This document shows, one piece after another, positions 47,752-51,385 of a stretch of 51,385 bases of DNA. Origin of the DNA: Candidatus Eiseniibacteriota bacterium (GTDB taxonomy: Bacteria; Orphanbacterota; Orphanbacteria; Orphanbacterales; Orphanbacteraceae). The notes below the pieces were generated by a model. It did not search any database, was not told the origin of the DNA, and was given only the letters and a program-made list of their open reading frames with translations. The DNA lies in the NCBI GenBank assembly GCA_043809585.1, contig JBDROZ010000012.1, forward strand, positions 1-51,385. Direction: 5' to 3'. How positions within the stretch are numbered: the stretch's first letter is position 1; every line of letters begins with the position of its first letter. Both the position numbers and the translations under genes were made by a program.

Positions 47752-49050
47752 TCATGGGATGAGCTTTCGCACCTTTGCCGCCTTCGATAGGCCTTCCCGG
47801 AACTGGGGCGCCGCGATCCCGATGAGCGCCTCCGCCCGCTCCCGGAGGTTCTTGCCGAAAAGCTGGGCCACGCCGAACTCGGTCACCACGTAGTGGACGT
47901 CGGCGCGGCTCGTCACGACGCCGGCCCCCTCCTTCAGGAAGGGCACGATGCGGGATAATTCCCCCCCCTTCGCGGTCGCCGGCACGGCGATGACCGGTTT
48001 CCCCTTCTTGGAGCGCGCCGCTCCCCGGATGAAGTCGACCTGGCCTCCGAATCCGGAGTAGATGTACGACCCGATCGAGTCGCTGCAAACCTGGCCAGTC
48101 AGATCGACCTCGATCGCCGAGTTGATGGCGACCAGGTTGTCGTTCTGGCTGATGATGAACGGATCGTTTACGTACTCCACCGGATGGGCCTCGATGAACG
48201 GGTTGTTGTCGAGGAACTCGTACAGCTCGTCGCTACCGAGGGCGAAGGTGATGATCACTTTGCCGGGGTGGAGGCTCTTCTTGGCGCCCGTGACGATCCC
48301 CTTCTGGATCGCCCGCATGGCGCCGTCGGAGATCATCTCCGTGTGCACGCCGAGATCGGCCAGGCCGTCCATGGATGCGTAGACCGCGTCCGGGATTCCG
48401 CCGATTCCCATCTGAATGGTGCAGCCGTTGTCGATGAGGCCGACGATGTTCCTGCCGATCGAGAGCTCAACCTCCGTGGACGGCTTCGATTCCAGGTTCG
48501 GCAGCGGGCGGCTCGTCTCGACGATCGCGTCCGCCTGGCGCACGTGGATGAACGAGTCGCCGAGAATCCGGGGCATCCGGTCGTTCACCTCGATGACCAC
48601 CTTCTTCGCGCAGAGGCATGCCGCCTTCGCCGCCAGTACCTCGACGCCGAGGCTCATGAAACCGTGCATGTCGGGAGGCGAGACCTGGACCATCGCCACG
48701 TCGAGGGAGATGATGCCTTCCCGGAAGAGCCGCGGGATCTGGTAGAGGAAGATCGGCAGGTAGTCGGCCCGCGCCTCGTTGACCGCCTTCCGGTCGGCGG
48801 GGCCGACGAAGAGGGAGTTGTGCCGGAATCGCCCTTCCATATCCGGCTTCGAAAGAGGATCGTCGCCGAGAAGAAGCACGTGATTCAGCTGGACGTTCTC
48901 CAGGTCTTCGTATCGGGCGGCGAGCGCCTCCACGAGCCCCACGGGAATCGCGGCGTTGCCGCCGTAGTAGACGCGATCGCCGCTCTTCACGAGTTGGACC
49001 GCATCGGGGGCGGAGCACAGTTTGGATTTGTAGTCGTCGAGCCAGCTCAT
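47752..49050 (-). CDS. Acetyl-CoA hydrolase/transferase family (4-hydroxybutyrate CoA-transferase-like)
   Basis: QMGIGGIP, LGVHTEM, INSAIEVDLTGQV, SGFGGQVDF, VVTEFG.A.L.GK.LRERA. Confidence 0.92.
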   Translation of the reverse strand: MSWLDDYKSKLCSAPDAVQLVKSGDRVYYGGNAAIPVGLVEALAARYEDLENVQLNHVLLLGDDPLSKPDMEGRFRHNSLFVGPADRKAVNEARADYLPIFLYQIPRLFREGIISLDVAMVQVSPPDMHGFMSLGVEVLAAKAACLCAKKVVIEVNDRMPRILGDSFIHVRQADAIVETSRPLPNLESKPSTEVELSIGRNIVGLIDNGCTIQMGIGGIPDAVYASMDGLADLGVHTEMISDGAMRAIQKGIVTGAKKSLHPGKVIITFALGSDELYEFLDNNPFIEAHPVEYVNDPFIISQNDNLVAINSAIEVDLTGQVCSDSIGSYIYSGFGGQVDFIRGAARSKKGKPVIAVPATAKGGELSRIVPFLKEGAGVVTSRADVHYVVTEFGVAQLFGKNLRERAEALIGIAAPQFREGLSKAAKVRKLIP

Positions 49051-49054
49051 CGCA

Positions 49055-50182
49055 TCAACATTCCTTCTCGAGCAATTCCGCCAGCGAGACCGCCGGGATT
49101 CCCAGAGTCTCACCCGCCCGTTGATTGACCATGCGTCCCTTGAAGAGGTACGTGCCGAGCGCCAGACCGGCATCCTCCTTGATGGCCCCGCACGCGCCCT
49201 GCTCGGCGATGCGCATGATGTACGGGAGCGCCGAGTCCGCCATCGCCCGGGTGGCCGTGCGGGGAATCGCCGCGGTCATATTGGGAACGCAGTGGTGAAC
49301 CACGTCGTGAACGATGAAATTCGGGTCGTCGATCGTCGTGGGACGGCTCGTTTCGATGCACCCCCCCTGATCGATGGACACGTCGATGATGACGCTTCCC
49401 GGCTTCATGCCGCGCACCATGTCCTCCGTCACGAGGAGGGGGGAGCGGCCGCCGGGGACGAGCACGGCGCCGATGAGCACGTCGGCGATGGCCGAATAGC
49501 GTTCGAGCCGGGCATGGCCGCCGACGGCGGTCAGCAGTTGAGGACCGATCTGGCGCGTCAAGGCGCGGAGCTTCCGGATGTCGCTGTCGATCACCATGAC
49601 GTGGGCGCCGCGGGCGATCGCGTGGCGCGCGGCGGCGGCGCCGACGGTGCCGGCGCCGAGCACGAGAACCGTCGCCGGAGGGAGGCCGGGGGCGTTGCCG
49701 AGAAGGATGCCCCGCCCGCCGTTCTCGTGGCGGAGAAGATGGGCCGCCGTGTCGACCGCCATCTGGCCGGCCAGCTCGCTGAGCGGATGAAGGGCGGCGA
49801 GGTCCCCCTCTTCGTCGACGATGATCTCGTAGCCGATGAGTGTGGTTTCCAGCTCCTGCAGCTTCTCGACCACTCCTTTCGGCATCACCGCCAGATGGTG
49901 AAACGCGAGGACCACGGTCCCCTCCTTCATGAAGGGGACATCCTCGGCGGTGAGAGCGCCGAACCGACAGATCATGTCGGAGCGGCTGTAGACCTCTTCG
50001 GGGTTATACACGATCTGGGCCCCCGCCTCCGTATAGTCCCCGTCACTGAAGTGGGCGTCCTTGCCGGCGCCTCTTTCGACATAAACGCTGTTCCCGCTTC
50101 GGATTAGACGGGCCACCCCGAAGGGGTTCAGCCCGACTCGGTGCTCGTGGCGGTGGGTTTCTTTCGGCACTCCAATGACCAT
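49055..50182 (-). CDS. ald: Alanine dehydrogenase family protein (atypical active site)
   Basis: IGVPKE..E.RV.L.P, GRGILLG, GAGTVG, GAVLVPG, DVSIDQGGCIETS.PTT, HHCVPNM. Confidence 0.8.
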   Translation of the reverse strand: MVIGVPKETHRHEHRVGLNPFGVARLIRSGNSVYVERGAGKDAHFSDGDYTEAGAQIVYNPEEVYSRSDMICRFGALTAEDVPFMKEGTVVLAFHHLAVMPKGVVEKLQELETTLIGYEIIVDEEGDLAALHPLSELAGQMAVDTAAHLLRHENGGRGILLGNAPGLPPATVLVLGAGTVGAAAARHAIARGAHVMVIDSDIRKLRALTRQIGPQLLTAVGGHARLERYSAIADVLIGAVLVPGGRSPLLVTEDMVRGMKPGSVIIDVSIDQGGCIETSRPTTIDDPNFIVHDVVHHCVPNMTAAIPRTATRAMADSALPYIMRIAEQGACGAIKEDAGLALGTYLFKGRMVNQRAGETLGIPAVSLAELLEKEC

Positions 50183-50565
50183 GGTCGTTCCCTCCTCAAA
50201 GCGACCCGGTCATTCTAACTCCAGCAGTCATGAGGGACAACCCGGATCGGGCTCCCATTGGAGTATTTTTTCTCATTCTAATTCTACGGTTTTTCGAACC
50301 TCGGAAACTCTAATTCCCGGCACGGACGTGGGATAAGCGCCGGGTTCCCGAAGTCTCTCGGACGATCGGGGGCGGCGTGGGTCTCGTCCTCCGGGAGGAG
50401 CGGCCGGGCCCCGGGAGCGCCGGATTCCGAGGGGGTTTTTCCCCGGGGCGGAAATAGGTTAGCATTGGTGTTCCAAAGAACTCACAAGTCTCGTGGAATC
50501 TAGGTTAGCATCGGGAGCGATAACCTGGTTACCGATCATCCCCGGCGTCAAACGGAGAGGAATCG

Positions 50566-50904
50566 ATGAAGAAGAAGTGGAAATGCGGCGTGTGCGGGTA
50601 CATCCACGATGGGGACGAGGCGCCGGCGAAGTGCGTCAAGTGCGGGGCGCCGAAGGAGAAGTTCGTTCTTCTCGACGAGAAGGCGGCGAACCTCGTGGAG
50701 AGATCGCGGCGAACCAATTCCCTCCATGGGCGGCTGCTCGACCTCGCGAGGCAGATCGAACTCGCCTGCAACCAGGGCATCGAGGACGACCTCGACCCGG
50801 GCTGTGTCGACGTGTTCAAGAAGTCCCGGGAGATGAGCTGGCAGATCATGAAGCTCGCCATGGCCGAGATGGCGGGACACGTCTCCAAGGGCAAATGGGG
50901 ATAG
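50566..50904 (+). CDS. Rubredoxin-like domain protein with helical C-terminal extension
   Basis: WKCGVCGYIH...CVKCGAPKEKF. Confidence 0.88.
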   Translation: MKKKWKCGVCGYIHDGDEAPAKCVKCGAPKEKFVLLDEKAANLVERSRRTNSLHGRLLDLARQIELACNQGIEDDLDPGCVDVFKKSREMSWQIMKLAMAEMAGHVSKGKWG

Positions 50905-51104
50905 CCTGGACCATCTAATCCCCATCCGGCGTGAAGAACGGATTCTACGGCGAGGCGGTCCGACCGCGCCGGGGTACCCGTCGGAGCGTAGCGACGGCGG
51001 GTCGGCGCCGGGAGTACCCGGAGCGCGGAAGCGCGGAGGGTGCAAGTCGGCCTCTCGCTGCCTCATCAAAGTTCTCGCGACGGAAGTTCCTTCGCGTCCC
51101 AGGC
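50904..51104 (-). mobile_element. 201 bp structured element, divergent copy E4
   Basis: Ends TA|GCCTGG...CCAGGC|TA; the minus strand shares ccgtcRcgag and cgagaRgccgacttgSac with E3; nested stems. Confidence 0.65.
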
Positions 51105-51128
51105 TATCGACGGAGGCGAATCGGTCTA

Positions 51129-51305
51129 GCCTGGATTATGCATGAATCTCCGTCACGAGGGCTCGGATCGCCTGACGAGAAGCCGACTTGGACGAGCCGC
51201 CACCGGAGGCGTAGTCATGCACTCCGTCGGGGAGGCGGCGACGTAAAGGAGGCTTCGCAGGCGGCGATCCGAGATCGCAGTAGGAGATTTGTGCATAATC
51301 CAGGC
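51129..51305 (+). mobile_element. 177 bp structured MITE-like element, copy E3
   Basis: TA|GCCTGGATTATGCATGAATCTCC...GGAGATTTGTGCATAATCCAGGC|TA: 23 bp TIR fully paired if G-U is allowed; shares GTCRCGAG, CCGGAGGYG and ATCGCAGTAG with E1. Confidence 0.85.
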
Positions 51306-51356
51306 TAGGACTACGGAGAAGATCATCGGGCGTCCGGCCCGGGAAAGGAGTGGGGG

Positions 51357-51385
51357 ATGGCGGACATGAAAGGGACCCGGACGGA
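51357..51385 (+). CDS. Probable start of a CDS truncated by the window end
   Basis: AAGGAG SD then ATG GCG GAC ATG AAA... Confidence 0.35.

Noticed and set aside
47696-48088. N-terminal extension of the fumarase alpha ORF
   Set aside because: Overlaps the CoA-transferase gene; SD and family similarity start at MNEKL (47695).
1-51385. CRISPR array, rRNA, integrase, transposase or reverse transcriptase
   Set aside because: No regularly spaced repeat-spacer array or diagnostic motifs were seen by eye.

Overview
A 51.4 kb window of a high-GC bacterial chromosome. Secreted proteins ending in FlgD-Ig-like tails or a 'TSWGGVKRLFR' tail suggest an FCB-group candidate phylum (Eisenbacteria, Krumholzibacteria or Latescibacteria type); this placement is inference. 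Housekeeping genes include an SLC12-like transporter, a GH31 glucosidase, a divergent transketolase, slipin/NfeD, dGTPase, thiD, an esterase, an RDD protein, two-subunit class I fumarase, a CoA-transferase, an Ald-like protein and a rubredoxin-like protein. Accessory content includes a ~4330 aa modular surface protein with an in-frame low-GC cassette, a 1528 aa acyl-CoA synthetase/kinase-like/GNAT fusion, a DUF3857-transglutaminase pair, and a lower-GC islet starting at a decayed tRNA end plus an IHF site. The strongest unexplained signal is a family of four small TA-flanked, rod-folding non-coding elements: 6806-6982, 46647-46823 and 51129-51305 (each exactly 177 bp) and 50904-51104 (201 bp). 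Their terminal and internal stems differ in sequence but co-vary to keep pairing. Two copies overlap or recreate TAG stop codons. One appears to have inserted in codon 2-3 of the fumarase beta gene and supplies a 59-codon bridging ORF plus a new ATGA-coupled start. All family assignments come from motif recognition by eye; no searches were run.
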